From assembly GCF_006345805.1 (NCBI RefSeq), contig NC_043006.1, positions 15,810,001 through 15,874,000 of the forward strand: a stretch of 64,000 nt of DNA. Reading direction: 5' to 3'. Below, piece after piece: positions 36,305 to 49,419 of the stretch. The stretch comes from Octopus sinensis. Its lineage: Eukaryota. The notes below the pieces were generated by a model, which was not told the origin of the DNA, did no database searches, and saw only the letters and a program-made list of their open reading frames with translations. Every line of letters begins with the position of its first letter. The first letter of the stretch is position 1. Position numbers and translations under genes: made by a program.

Positions 36305-37460
36305 CAGGCAAAGGAATATCTAAGTGAATTCCGAATACAACCAATTTCGGAATTAGAGATAGACATACAAGAAACAAGCACAGAAAAAGCTAGGCGCATG
36401 AAAACCCGTGCCAAAACTGCGGCCTTAGATATTCTGAATAATAAATGGCAAGAAAAACCTCTCTACGGCAAATACCCAAAGAGAGCGAATGATGCAGATA
36501 TCGACAAAGCCCTGACCCATCAATGGCTAATGGCCTCTGGCTTAAAATCTGAAACAGAGGGGTTTATCATAGCAGCTCAAGATCAATGCCTACCAACAAG
36601 AAACTACCAGGCCAACATATTAAAGATCAGAAGCAGTCCAACGTGTCGTGTATGCAAGCAACAAAATGAAACCATTGACCATGTGGTCTCCAAGTGCAGT
36701 CTTCTAGCGCCTACAGAGTATCTCAACAGGCACGATAGAGCTGCACAATATATTCACTGGGTAATCTGTAAAAACCTGGATTTGCCCCATGAAAAAAAAC
36801 TGGTGGGAACACAAACCACCCCCAGTGCTTGAAAAGGACCACATCTCACTCCTCTGGAACTTCACCACCAAACTGACAGGAAGATAGATGCAAATAGGCC
36901 AGACATCATATTGAAAGACTTCAAACAAAGAACATGCCTCCTCATTGATATGACTGTCCCAATCGATATAAACGTATCTGTCAGGACCTACCAAAAACTG
37001 AGCAAATATAAAGATCTTGAAATAGAAATCAGCAAAATGTGGAAGCTGAAGACTAAAACAATACCTGTTGTCATAGGTGCCCTGGGAATGATAGCAAAAG
37101 GGGCTGATAGCTACCTAACTCAGATACCAGGAAACCCAAAAATGGCAGAAGTTCAAAAGATAGTGCTCATGGGAACTGCTCATATCCTACGCAAAATACT
37201 CTCTATGTAACCTCAAGGTTTAAAACAACCATAATTTTCGGTTTAAAGAGGAAGGGAAAAAAAAAAAAAAAAGAAAAAGGAAAAAAAAACCCTTTTTTTT
37301 TTTTTTTTAAACATTCATTAGTACAACATCCCCACCCCCCCCAAATATATGGCACACTAGGCATAACAACAACATGAACTTCCAACCCTGTTGTCTCTTG
37401 AGGTCTCTGGGTGAGACTTGGAGCCAACTTGTACAAATATAAAGCAAAAGTCAAACATAG
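36303..37460 (+). mobile_element. R4/Dong-clade non-LTR retrotransposon 3' portion (CCHC + restriction-like endonuclease) within (AAT)n
   Basis: ETEGFIIAAQDQ, CRVC..ETIDHVVSKC, RHD, RPDI, IDMTVP, KLSKYKDL, IPVVIGALG. One frameshift in an A-run near 36795. (AAT)n on both flanks. Confidence 0.92.
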
Positions 37461-37567
37461 AATAATAATAATAATAATAATAAACTCGCGAATATTATTA
37501 TTATCCACGAATATTATTATTATTATTATTATTATTATTGTAGTTGTTGTTGTTGTTGTTGTTGTTA

Positions 37568-37951
37568 GAGTGGCTGTGTGGTAAGTAGCTTGCTTACCAA
37601 CCGCATGGTTCCAGGTTCAGTCCAACTGCGTGGCACCTTGGGCAAGTGTCTTCTACTATAACCTCGGGCCGACCCAAGCCTTGTGAGTGAATTTGGTAGA
37701 CGGAAACTGAAAGAAGCCCGTCATATATATATATATGTGTGTGTGTATGTTTGTGTGTGTGTATCTGTCTCCCAACAACGCTTGACAACCGATGGTGGTG
37801 TGTTTGCGTCCCCGTATATTAGCGGTTCGGCAAAAGAGACCGATAGAATAAGTACTAGCCTTATAAAGAATAAGTCCTGGGGTCGATTCGCTCGACTAAA
37901 GGCGGTGCACCAGCATGGCCACAGTCAAATGACTGCAACCAGTAAAAGAGT
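37568..37951 (+). mobile_element. SINE, family A
   Basis: Slightly diverged full-length copy. Confidence 0.9.
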
Positions 37952-38097
37952 ATTATACAACAATGATATGTCTCTTAATGCAAACACTTGTACACTCCAG
38001 TCGAACCAAAACAATGAAATGTTATAATCACGAAAACATATACACACTATTTTCAGTAAAAAAACGAATAATAATAATAATTAAAGACTATCGAGTT

Positions 38098-38150
38098 ACG
38101 TGAGACATAGCGCTGTGTTTCGATTGCTAATTGAATCTCTTCAGTGAGTC
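38098..38150 (-). ncRNA. Hammerhead-like motif, stem I degenerate
   Basis: Minus strand: GACTCA-CTGAAGA-GATT(CAATTAGC)AATC-GAAAC-ACAGCGCTAT-GTC-TCACGT. Near-palindromic stem III. Confidence 0.6.
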
Positions 38151-38463
38151 GAGGATATCGAGCAGTTTTATATCTTGCTTCGCGCTTTCCATGTTATTAG
38201 CGATGATATGGTTACTATATATATCGAGGTAACTATCGAAATATAGCACCATGATGACATTATTTCGGCGAGGGAATCGGTACATTTACATGTAGTACAC
38301 TAGATTACATATTTTTGGCCCTACTGTGTGTGTGTGTGTGTGCGCGCGCGTGCGTGCGTGTGTTCGTGCAGGTTTACTAGATAAGATTCGGTTCTACAAA
38401 CCAGATATTTAGCCATCTTTATGAAATATTATCTACTTGATTTAGTTTACGATGTTTCACCAG

Positions 38464-38523
38464 AGTCAAAGCTAAAATACAGGAGCAGAAAAGGACGAAT
38501 TTCAGGTAGAGCATATGCAGAAG
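38464..38523 (+). CDS. Candidate 60-nt phase-1 internal exon of an unidentified host gene
   Basis: TGTTTCACCAG| acceptor and AAG|GTATGT donor. The single open frame reads SKLKYRSRKGRISGRAYAE; no homology recognised. Confidence 0.25.
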
Positions 38524-38671
38524 GTATGTTTGTATTTAACTTGTTGGTCATCTTCATGACGGGCAACATATATTGTTTTTCTTTGCCCTTTCGATAGAGA
38601 TGGTATGTCCTTTACACACACGCGTGCGCGCACACACGCTCGCATATATATATATATAATAATAAATAATA

Positions 38672-38912
38672 AATGCGCTCTTTTAAAGCCTAGCCAGGCT
38701 CATGTGTCCGGTTTCCCGGTTTCTATGGCGGATGTGTTCCCCAGCTGGACGGGACGTCAGTCCATCGCACCGTTACTCATTTTTGCCAGCTGAGTGGACT
38801 GGAGCAACGTGAAATGAAGTGTTTGCTCAAAAACACAACGCGTCGCCCGGTCTAGGAATCGAAACCACAATCTTACGATCGATGATGCTGACACTACTAA
38901 GCCATGCGCCAC
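38672..38912 (-). mobile_element. SINE, family C head with tail Y (V-domain-like motif)
   Basis: Minus strand: GGCGCATGGCTTAGT..TTGAGCAAACACTTCATTTCAC..TGCGATGGACTGACGTCCCGTCCAG..GAGCCTGGCTAGGC. Confidence 0.8.
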
Positions 38913-38961
38913 AACATATCTATATATCTATATCTATCTATCTATCTATCTATCAATCTAT

Positions 38962-39035
<74 letters not shown>

Positions 39036-39177
39036 TATATATACCGGAGTAAACAAATGATGAACGGCAACGGGAAACTCAGAGTAACAGGTTTTGTTGA
39101 ATTTTTTGCTGCTTTAAATAAAGTATATATATATATATGATATATGTGTGTGTAATTACACACACACACATATATAT

Positions 39178-39538
39178 GAGTGTACAAAAATATATACACC
39201 CGAGAGAAGACCACCATGTGGAGTTGTTAGATGCTAAAAAGGACAGTCAAATCCTAAACCATGAAAAACATTCCTATTAATAGCACATTGCTTGTAAGCG
39301 AGCAGGACACTTAAATAAATAAAAATCTCAGTTAAACCACTCAATTGGCTGACGAGCCACAGATGGTTAATCAATTGATTGGCTAATTAATTGATTTATT
39401 TGCTCATTAATGGTATAGGGTTAACTGAGACTTTTATTCGTTATTATTTTTTCGCGGTTTAGAGTTTGACTGTCTTTTTTTAGCATGTAAGAAGTCCACA
39501 TGGTATTCTTCTCTCCGTGTCTAGATTTTTATACACTC
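39178..39538. mobile_element. Fold-back / MITE-like palindrome (~360 bp)
   Basis: ~80-bp imperfect outer inverted repeats (GAGTGTA.AAAAAT.TA.ACAC.GAGAGAAGA..ACCATGTGGA..) plus inner IRs AATAAAA.TCTCAGTTAA. TA-rich flanks. Confidence 0.8.
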
Positions 39539-39839
39539 TTATATTATAAAAATACTAATGTCTACTGACTTTTATTACACACCCTAACCACTGGTATAAA
39601 TTATTATTTTAATAAATTTTTCCTTTCTATCTATATCTATAGATTCCTTCAAAGAATACCAGATAAGCCACCCATAATTGGATATAACTCACCCAACAAG
39701 AACTCACTACTTGAACAAAACTTGACTTAAACAGGATTCGAATAATCCTATCAGGTGGTGCTATTAAGTTAGACATGGCCTGGGCCAATCTCTGGTCGAA
39801 ACATATCTAAGTTTTATATCTATATAATCAATATATATA

Positions 39840-39875
<36 letters not shown>

Positions 39876-40231
39876 TGTATGTATGTATGTATGTATGTAT
39901 GTATGTATGTATGTATGTATGTATGCATGTATGTATGTATGTATGTATGTTTGTATGTATATATATATATATGACAGTTGAAACATTCCTGTCACAACCT
40001 GGGACCTTGAAGACTGCTTTAATGCAAGAAAGTATACTAGTCCCTTAATATTATATATTCAATATTTCATCTATTCAATAAGACAATCAATACTTCATTT
40101 CATTATACTACTACTATATATACTATTTATATTATATATTCTATATTCTACATTAATATTATAAAGAATATAAATAAAACAAAAAACAGGGTTGGAATTT
40201 CTTTGAATAATATATATATATATTATTCAAA

Positions 40232-40376
<145 letters not shown>

Positions 40377-41049
40377 CAAGCACACGGAAGAAAAAGAATG
40401 TGGTGAACATAGTACTCGTATTCGAAGGTAGAATTAATGTTTTATTGACGCTCAAAAACTTCACAAACTAGCACTAAACCGATTATCAGACAGCCATGAA
40501 TCTGATGCTCGATTACAGAATAAATGTCTCAAAATATTAACTTCGCAGAGTAAGAAATGCGCCAACTTTGATTAACGATAAAAAAAAGAAATTTGTTTTT
40601 GTTTTTACTTTTTATTTATTTATTTATTTATTCTGTTCGCTTAGTTGCCACATGCTGAAAGCCATTGAAATAGGCTTCGTTTTTCTCCGCATTTAAACTA
40701 CCAGTTAAAATATGTAAATTTGATTCTTCTGTTGCAACACTAAGAACAATGGACGTGCGTATAGATGAAAAACGAAAGGACTGAATAATGAAATATTTTG
40801 CTTCATTATTCACTTCCAAATGATTGAAAAAAAAAATGGTTTCACCGCTTTGTGTGAATGGCGACAAGCCAAAATACAGTAAATTATATTAATAATACGG
40901 GTTACTACAGAAAAAAAAAAAACTAAGTAGTTTTAAGTCATTATATTTTAATTCTGTTCAATGAGAAAATAATTGCAATATTAGCATCGGAGTGAATAAA
41001 TTTGTTGCCTTTTATTAACAATAAAAAATTAAATGAAAGATCATTGAAG

Positions 41050-41648
41050 GAGTGTTTCAAATTTTGGTACAACGCCATCAATTTTAGGGGAAGGTGTTCG
41101 CCTGATATGTATTTTATCGACCACGAAAGAATGAAAGCCCACTTCGATAGAATTCGAACTCACAACACAAAAAGCCACAAGAAATTCCACTCGGCATTTT
41201 GTCCCGACGTGCTAACGATTCTGCTAGCTTCCTTCAAATTTTGGCACAAGGTCAGCGGTTTTAGAGGCAGGGGTTAGTCAATTACGTTGATCCTAGTTTT
41301 TATTTGATTCTCTATTTTATTGATCCGGGAATGCTGAAAAATAAAGTACACCTCAGAGAAATTTGAACACAGAGAGTAAAACTGAAAGAAATGCCGCAAA
41401 ACACTTTGTGCGATGCGCTACCGATTCTGCCTAACAGTTTCAAATTTTGGCAAAAGAACAGGAATTGTAGGGGAGGGGTTTGTCGATTACATCGGCTACA
41501 GTATTTGGTACTTATTTTCTCGACCCCAGAATGATGAAAAGACAAAATAGACCTTGGTGGAAATAGAACCCAAACCGCAGAGAGTCGAAAGAAATACTGA
41601 CGAGCATTTTGTCGAAGCCGCGACCGATTCTGCTTGCTCATCACCTTA
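41050..41648 (-). mobile_element. Head-to-tail trimer of family D SINE units (~200 bp each)
   Basis: TTCAAATTTTGG.AC recurs at ~41056, 41233 and 41439; each unit ends in CGATTCTGC. Confidence 0.75.
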
Positions 41649-41744
41649 AAATCATAAAATCATGGGTATTAAAATATGCGTGACAAAAAAAAATCAAATT
41701 AAAGTGATTTGAAAACTAGAGTCAGAAATATATATATATGATAA

Positions 41745-42025
41745 ACGTCGCCCTTTTCTGGCCTAGCCAGGCTCATGGGCCTGGTTTCCCGGTTTCTGTG
41801 GCGTATGTGTTCCCCCCAGCTCGACGGGTCGCCAGTACATTGCAGCGTTACTCAAGAAACAGGAAGAGAGAGTGAGAGAAAGTTGTGGCGAAAGAGTACA
41901 ACAGGGATCACTCCCCACCCTGCCAGAGCTTCGTTGAGCTTTTAGGTATTTTCGCTCAATAAACACACACAAAGCCCGGTCTGGGAATCGAAACCGCGAT
42001 CCTCCGAGAGCGAGTCCGCTGCCCT

Positions 42026-42027
<2 letters not shown>
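41745..42027 (-). mobile_element. SINE, family B head/body with tail Y
   Basis: Body matches 7038-7422; tail matches 38672-38760. Confidence 0.85.
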
Positions 42028-42395
<368 letters not shown>

Positions 42396-43120
42396 TACAG
42401 GGTGTGCAAAAGTAGGTATACCGTTATCAAAAACGAAAACACGTAGGATACTCATTCTTATCAAAACAATTAAAAGTTACGATAAAAATATAGTTATGAT
42501 AGATGTAGTCATGATTAATGACACTGAAAATATCAAAAATGAGGCTAATTTAAGGTGCTAAAATTTTAATTAGATATATATATGTCAAAACAGTAAAAAT
42601 ATAGTAATCAGTAAACACACATACATACATAATCCATACATACATACATATATGTATACACGCATATATACATACATACACACATATATGCATACATACA
42701 TACATACATACATACATGCATGCATACATACATACATGCATATATGCATACATAAATACATACATAAATACATACATACATACATACATACATACATACA
42801 TACATACATACATACATACATACATACATACAATACATACATACATTTCTATCAAATAGTAAAGTTCCTAATTATTCAGTTTCTGGGCATATGAAAAAAT
42901 ACTTCGTCTGACAGGCTTTACATTTGTTAGGATTCTTTGCTAAAATAACCTGTGATGGCAGGGCTTCTTGATATCTATAAAATATGAATAATATATAAGA
43001 AATATGAATTGATATATTATACAAACGTAGAATACATGACACATACATGTATGTATGTATATATATATGTATGCATGTATATATATATATATATGTGTGT
43101 GTGTATATATATATATATAA

Positions 43121-43164
<44 letters not shown>

Positions 43165-43219
43165 AAAAAATGAAGTTCGAAAATGCTGCTGTATTATACA
43201 ATTTTTAATTTTTATATAT

Positions 43220-43268
43220 ACATTATAACATGTTTCAGTTCCTGAAATGAACCTTATCAAAAAAAGTT
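43220..43268 (-). ncRNA. Hammerhead-like motif, U3-A8 core variant
   Basis: Minus strand: TTGATAA-GGTTC(ATTTCAG)GAACT-GAAAC-AT-GTT. Palindromic AACATGTT stem III; weak stem I. Confidence 0.5.
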
Positions 43269-43634
43269 ATATATAAAAAGAGACAGCTCATGCCGTCAAA
43301 CACAAGAAATTCATTTATAATACACAACGGAGTCAGACATCTTAGAGTTCATGTATAGTTGATATATAGTTCATGTATAGTTGATATATAGTTTGAAGTA
43401 TATGTTCAAAGTGTTCGATGCAGTGGCCCACGGTGGCGATACGTATTCAATACAAAACAGATCAAAGTGGTGGAAAGCGGTCAATACAGAAGATTGATGT
43501 TTCCGAAAGAGCGAGGAATTCATTTTTATCTTAAGCAATTGTGATGACCCATGGTGGAAGTTCGCTGGGTGGTTCTAGTGAGTTTTTGTGAAATGCTCTG
43601 TTTTATAATGCCTGTTAGGTGGTCAATCTAGCGT

Positions 43635-43818
43635 AGCGTGACGTCATCAATGTTTTGTCCAATCGTTTCGTTAGGTGGCTTTAATCAAGTGGAACGGGAC
43701 GTCATCATTATTTTGACCAATCGCTGCATTATAACTCCCTCTTGTTTGTTTCCTGTCTTGACCAGTCGCTTCGTTAGTCAAGCATAGCGGGACGTCATCC
43801 AGATTCTGCCCAATCACG
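43635..43818 (+). promoter_or_regulatory. Three GACGTCA + CCAAT modules with fixed spacing
   Basis: GACGTCATC at 43640, 43698 and 43791, each with CCAATC starting exactly 19 nt downstream. Confidence 0.45.
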
Positions 43819-43836
43819 ACTTATAGCTTATATATA

Positions 43837-43880
<44 letters not shown>

Positions 43881-43941
43881 TATATATATCCGTAATAATG
43901 AAGGGTGAAATTAATTAATCGTTGCTAAACCCTTTATTGCT

Positions 43942-43973
<32 letters not shown>

Positions 43974-44251
43974 CAAAATAAGAAAATGGAGAAATACATC
44001 CCAATCAAATATCAATTACCGGATAATACCCAATCACATTCTTTATCAAACCACCACATAAGAAACTTCAGGGTCGAACATAATAATATATAACCAAACA
44101 GTGTACATAAAGGAGTGTACATATATATATCTATATGTAAGGGTAAGATCCAGGGGTCCAAGCAGTTCAGGTACTTTATAGCTCACCGTTAGCTACTAGA
44201 GTTGTTATGAATGCGAATAAAGATCCAAATTGAGGGAGTGGAATGGGTAAA

Positions 44252-44346
44252 ATCCAGGCTACATATGTTTCTTAGCTAGCTGATCCTCTTATGTAATAAT
44301 TACTCAAAAAGGGGTACTCAGCTAACCTATTCATCTGGTCAAGGAT
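44252..44346 (-). ncRNA. Degenerate hammerhead-like motif with long stem II
   Basis: Minus strand: CAGATGA (for CTGATGA)..GGTTAGCTGA...TCAGCTAGCT..GAAAC-ATAT-GTA; ATCC/GGAT stem I remnant; lies between (TA)n arrays. Confidence 0.45.
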
Positions 44347-44409
44347 ACTTGATTATATGATGGTTACATTGTCGTTCGGAAATCCCAAACTCGTTCAACG
44401 CAGATTTGA

Positions 44410-44460
<51 letters not shown>

Positions 44461-45514
44461 ATATATACGTGCGTGTGTGTATGTGTATCTGTGTGTTGAC
44501 TTCGAAGACGATAGCATTTTTGACGGTCGTTCACTATTTTCAGTCGATTGAGCGACTGATTGACCAAACAGAACAATGAACGCACCCAAAATGGTTATGA
44601 GAAACAACTGTAGCTCTCTCTCTCTCTCTCTCTCTGTACATATATATATATATATATATATATAAACATTAGAAAAAAAACCACATCTTACCAATTCAAT
44701 AATGTGAAATTTGATTTAGTATTTCTGAATTTAATTTTTCCCTGTAAGTTTGGAATAATATTTCCCCATATTATATATATATATATGAAATAATCTTAGT
44801 CATTTCCAATAGTTGCTTCTTTAACCTATATACATAACAATTGCCGAGCGTTTCATTCAGAACAGTTATGGTACAGTGTTTTGAAATAAGTATGTTTTAT
44901 TGAGAACATTGATAAATGCATGTGAAATTAATCCAGAGGAACAGATGCCAATTTCTTTTAACTCTTAAAGTTCCATAATGTTTTCTCTCTACAAATTTCT
45001 CAATTCCGTTTGAAAATACAAGTTTCTACAAATTTTCAATTCCGTTAGAAAATAAAGATTCTGACAAAACGTAGTTAGTCTTGTTGAAAAACCGTAAAAA
45101 ATATAACTATGACCTAAATTTAGATGAAAGTTACTGATACGATATAATGATCGTTGGACTACATTGTGAATGTGTTTTTTTTAATTTGTTGATTTTTATC
45201 AGTTGCTTTCACCTGCCACATTAGATTGAATGGATTTAAGTTGTTTACGCGTGTTTTAACATGTATTTACTCGATACTGATCGATCAGAGAACATCGGTA
45301 TCCTAATTAAGTGATAAATGAACGCATAATAATAAATGTTTCATTAGAAAATACAATTCTGTATTCTGATTTACTGCTTGAGGTATTAACCGCCAGTAAA
45401 CTCGAAAATCGAAGGAAGAAAAATCGGAAAATTCTTTTCGTTATAACACGCAGAAAATGAACAAACAGAAGTCAATTGAAGAGTTCTTCGTTACAGTGTT
45501 TTCTTACAACACAA

Positions 45515-45725
45515 CTTGAACTGCGGTTTCGTTTGTTTCAGTCATGCTGGGACACTGTCTTAAAAAACATTTTAGTTGAACAGATTGACCCTAGTACTTA
45601 TTATTTTTCACACCCGGTACTAATTCTATTAATCTCTTTCGCCAAGCTGTTAAAGTTACGGGGACGGAAGCTCACCGACACCGTTGTCAAGTAGTGATGG
45701 GGACAAACACAAAGACACACACAGA
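45515..45725 (-). mobile_element. Diverged SINE family A, 3' half
   Basis: Reverse complement of GTTTGTCCCC..CTTGACAAC..TTGGCGAAAGAGA..TGACTGAAACAA. Confidence 0.7.
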
Positions 45726-45738
45726 GATTGATATAGAT

Positions 45739-45819
<81 letters not shown>

Positions 45820-46142
45820 TATATATTCAAATCCACTACTGTATTTTTGTGTAAACATAATGCGAGCTACTATATTCACCTATCGAGAATTGAACGAAAT
45901 AACATGGATCTTGGAATACATCCCGGGAAGTCTCTAGCTTATTTCACTTCCTATACCCAAATAATTTTACTAAGTTGTGCTTCACTAACATCCTCATGTT
46001 TGCTCTTATTCCTTTTCTGCCCGTTTAAAAAGTCAAACACATTGTGCCTATTGTTAACTGTTTCTTATATGTATTAACCCTCCCAACCACTAAAGAAGCC
46101 TAGAGGCACATTCATCATCCAAATTTTATCTGACCATCCCTG

Positions 46143-46213
46143 CACAACACTGAGGAGGTGGAGATGGCATGGATGATTTTGTTGCCTCTTTGCAGAAACG
46201 GCCGTAAGGAACT
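46143..46213 (+). ncRNA. Hammerhead-like motif, stem I not evident
   Basis: CTGAGGA-GGTGGAGATGGCA..TGCCTCTTTGCA-GAAAC-GGCC-GTA. Palindromic ACGGCCGT stem III. Confidence 0.45.
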
Positions 46214-46472
46214 TAAAACCTTCTGACAATCTCATCTTTTGCTCTTTTCTGCTCTTTTCTGTAATATTAGTACATATGTGCGTAACACATAGTTATTACA
46301 TGTGTATGTATTCTTCTCATAATTTCTAATACTTTGGAATAAACAGACATACAAGAATGTCTACCAGGTGATGTATGTCATTTTTGTATCCTTTCCATTT
46401 TCTTTATAACCCTATATATGTATATGTGTGTGTGTGTTTGTGTGTGTGTTTGTGTGTGTGTGTGTCTATGTA

Positions 46473-46505
<33 letters not shown>

Positions 46506-46554
46506 TGTGTGTGTGTGTGTGTGTGTCTGTGTGTGCGTGTGTGTCAGTGTGTTC

Positions 46555-46770
46555 TATGTCTGTGTTTGTCCAGCAAGACCGCTTGACAACCGTGCTGATG
46601 TATTTACGTCCCCGTGACTTTGTTGTCCGTCAAAACAGCCCGATAGAATAAGTACGAGCCATAAAAAATTTTTAAAAAACAACGGGGTCTATTCATGTAA
46701 CTAAAAGTTTTTCACGGTGGTGCCCCAGCATGGTCGCAGTCTAACGAATGAAACAAGTGAAGAAGAAAAA
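46555..46770 (+). mobile_element. SINE family A, diverged 3' half
   Basis: GCTTGACAACCG..CCGATAGAATAAGTAC..CCAGCATGGTCGCAGTC. Confidence 0.75.
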
Positions 46771-46899
46771 AGAATGCAGTTCGTCTGTGAATAGATAACT
46801 GCGATGTGCCATATGCACGGAAAGCAACAACAAGTTCTAACATATTTACAGCAGGGAGGGACATTAAAAGATATGCAATGAGGAACAATCAATGATAAC

Positions 46900-47055
46900 T
46901 TATTCTGCCGAGGTCGACTTTGCCTTTCATCTTTTCGGGGTCGATTAAATAAGTACCAGTTACGCACAGGGGTCAATGTAATCGACTTAATCCGTTTGTC
47001 TGTCCTTGTTTGTCCCCTCTGTGTTTAACCCCTTGTGGGCAGTAAAGAAATAGAT
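46900..47055 (+). mobile_element. SINE family D fragment with alternative tail
   Basis: GCCGAGGTCGACTTTGCCTTTCATC.TTTCGGGGTCGATTAAATAAGTACCAGT. Confidence 0.8.
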
Positions 47056-47314
47056 AACTTATTCCGGTTACTGAATTATATATCTTACAACCAATTTTAT
47101 TTTTCTCATGGTATCCAGTGTCCTGTCTTGTATTTTTACTGCATGGTTCTCCCATCTTTGCTACGCACAGCACAACGAAACCTGTGATTTGCTGATAAAC
47201 CATTATGAGACCGAAACATATGCAGAGTTTTCTCCGATGCAGAGTTTTCTCCGAAATAATTAGAAAACTAAACATAATTGACTAACATTGTAATTTTTTT
47301 CACGATATATGAAA

Positions 47315-47485
47315 GGCGCAGGAGTAGCTGTGTGGTAAGTAGCTTGTTTACCAACCACATGGTTCCGGGTTCAGTCCCACTGCGTGGCATCTTGGTCAAG
47401 TGTCTTCTTCTATAGCCTCGGGCCGACCAAAGCCTTGTGAGTGGGTTTGGTAGACGGAAACTAAAAGAAGCCCGTTGTATATATG

Positions 47486-47516
<31 letters not shown>

Positions 47517-47728
47517 TTGTGTGTTTGTCCCCCTAGCATTGCTTGACAACCGATGCTGGTGTGTTTATGTCTCCGTTACCTAGCGGTTCGGCAAAAGAGA
47601 CCGATAGAATAAGTACTGGGCTTACAAAAGAATAAGTCCCGGTGTCGAGTTGCTCGATTAAAGGCGGTGCTCCAGCATGGCCGCAGTCAAATGACTGAAA
47701 CAAGTAAAAGAGTAAAAGAGTAAAAGAG
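47315..47728 (+). mobile_element. SINE, family A
   Basis: Full-length match. Confidence 0.92.
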
Positions 47729-48059
47729 ATATGTATTTCTAGTTAACATTTTAATGCATTGTGCATTAACGATTTTAATAAAAGTTTATGTAGAACATAT
47801 TAAATTTCTAAAATATTGATATAGTTTGAGTTATCAATTAATAAATGTAGAGATATATTTTCAAATGTATTTAATGTCACTCCGGATTTAAAATTAATTC
47901 CATGAGGATATTTTCAGCAGCTTGGGGTGAAAAACCAATTGACTTGTTTCGTTGACGTCTGTGCAGTAATACACAGAGAATGTAGCCCAAGTTGTCAGCA
48001 GAACAGCCTAAAAAATATAGGTTTGATGTTTTTGCAAAACCATCTTTAAAGTTCATATA

Positions 48060-48665
48060 CTCACACCATCACCATGCTGAGTAATATCAATTTACATCCT
48101 TCACTCCTACCCACCTTCGCCTTTCATTGATACCTCCTCCATCCATACTCCACCTCTACACATCCCACTCTCACATACCTCACCCCAGCCCCACACATCC
48201 ATCCCCACATGCTCACCCAAACCTACACCCTCACTTTCGCATCCCAACACCCCAAAACCACCACACATCACCACATCATTCCACACACACTAGCACCAAC
48301 CACTTCCCAGCACCCACACATCCGCACATTACAGATGCATACACTTACATACGCACACATCCACAAGTCAACAACCCCTAACCACACACGCACGTGCACC
48401 TTAGTTTTGGGATCAACAGTACTTTATTATCTCCCCTTCTTCCTAGCTCTTCTGGCCAACTGCCTTTGTCCGACCAGTCGCCATGATTGACCGCTAAATC
48501 CACAAGATTTTTTTTCTCTCTCTGTTTAGTTCCTCGAGTTCCTTTCTTTTGAAGAACACAGGCTCGAAACGTAAAAGACTTTCTCACCTTCCCGCGCGTC
48601 AAACTAATACACCGACTTGTTTATACACCTATCTTCGTCTTTTGTTTTTCTGTAAATTTCATACA
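48060..48665 (+). mobile_element. Probable PLE 3' region (C/A-rich) with degenerate HHR at ~48545-48578
   Basis: TCTTT-TGAAGA-ACACAGGCTC-GAAAC-GTA-AAAGA; runs into a microsatellite. Confidence 0.45.
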
Positions 48666-49419
48666 TGTGTGTGTGTGTGTATACCTACATATATATGTAC
48701 AAACACATATATAAAGATTCATATATACACACACATATACGTACATATATATATTTATATATATGTATGTATATATACATATATATGAATACCTATATAT
48801 ATGTGTGTGTGTGTGTGTGTAATGTATATATGGACATATGTATGTGTGTGTAAATGCGAATTCTCCCTATAATGAAGAAGCATGTTTCTAACAAGGAGAC
48901 AAAAGCGCCTCCGCTGGAATTTTCATAGCAACAAGAATAATCTTTCCCTGTTGAACTTTTAGAAAATCCTTACATATTGTACTGTTATTACGGAAAGAGC
49001 AGGTTAGCCGGCCTCTTTATTTGTGGAAAAGTCTTAAATTTTTCCATATTGTATTGTCCATCAGACATTTACTAACATAGTGAAGTACCCTAATAATCAT
49101 TCGTATATATTTACGTATGTAGAATGTTCACTTCAGTTTTTTATTATTTAAATTCGTCCTCTGAGGAAGTAACTGTTTTCTAACAAAGATACAATGCTCC
49201 GTCTTTGGAAAGTAGATAACGAAAACAATGTCACATTTTAAACTTGAGAAAAATCTTTTGCATTTCAACTTGTAGCCTGTTCTACTTATAGACTGTGTTT
49301 TTAATATGCGAGTTGGTTGAATTCTTTTTCTGAATATTCAAGCTTATTAAGACTGTCAGTTGGGCATTTACCTACTAAACCAAGATTTCTAATAATTAGT
49401 GTAAATGTAAATTTGTAAT

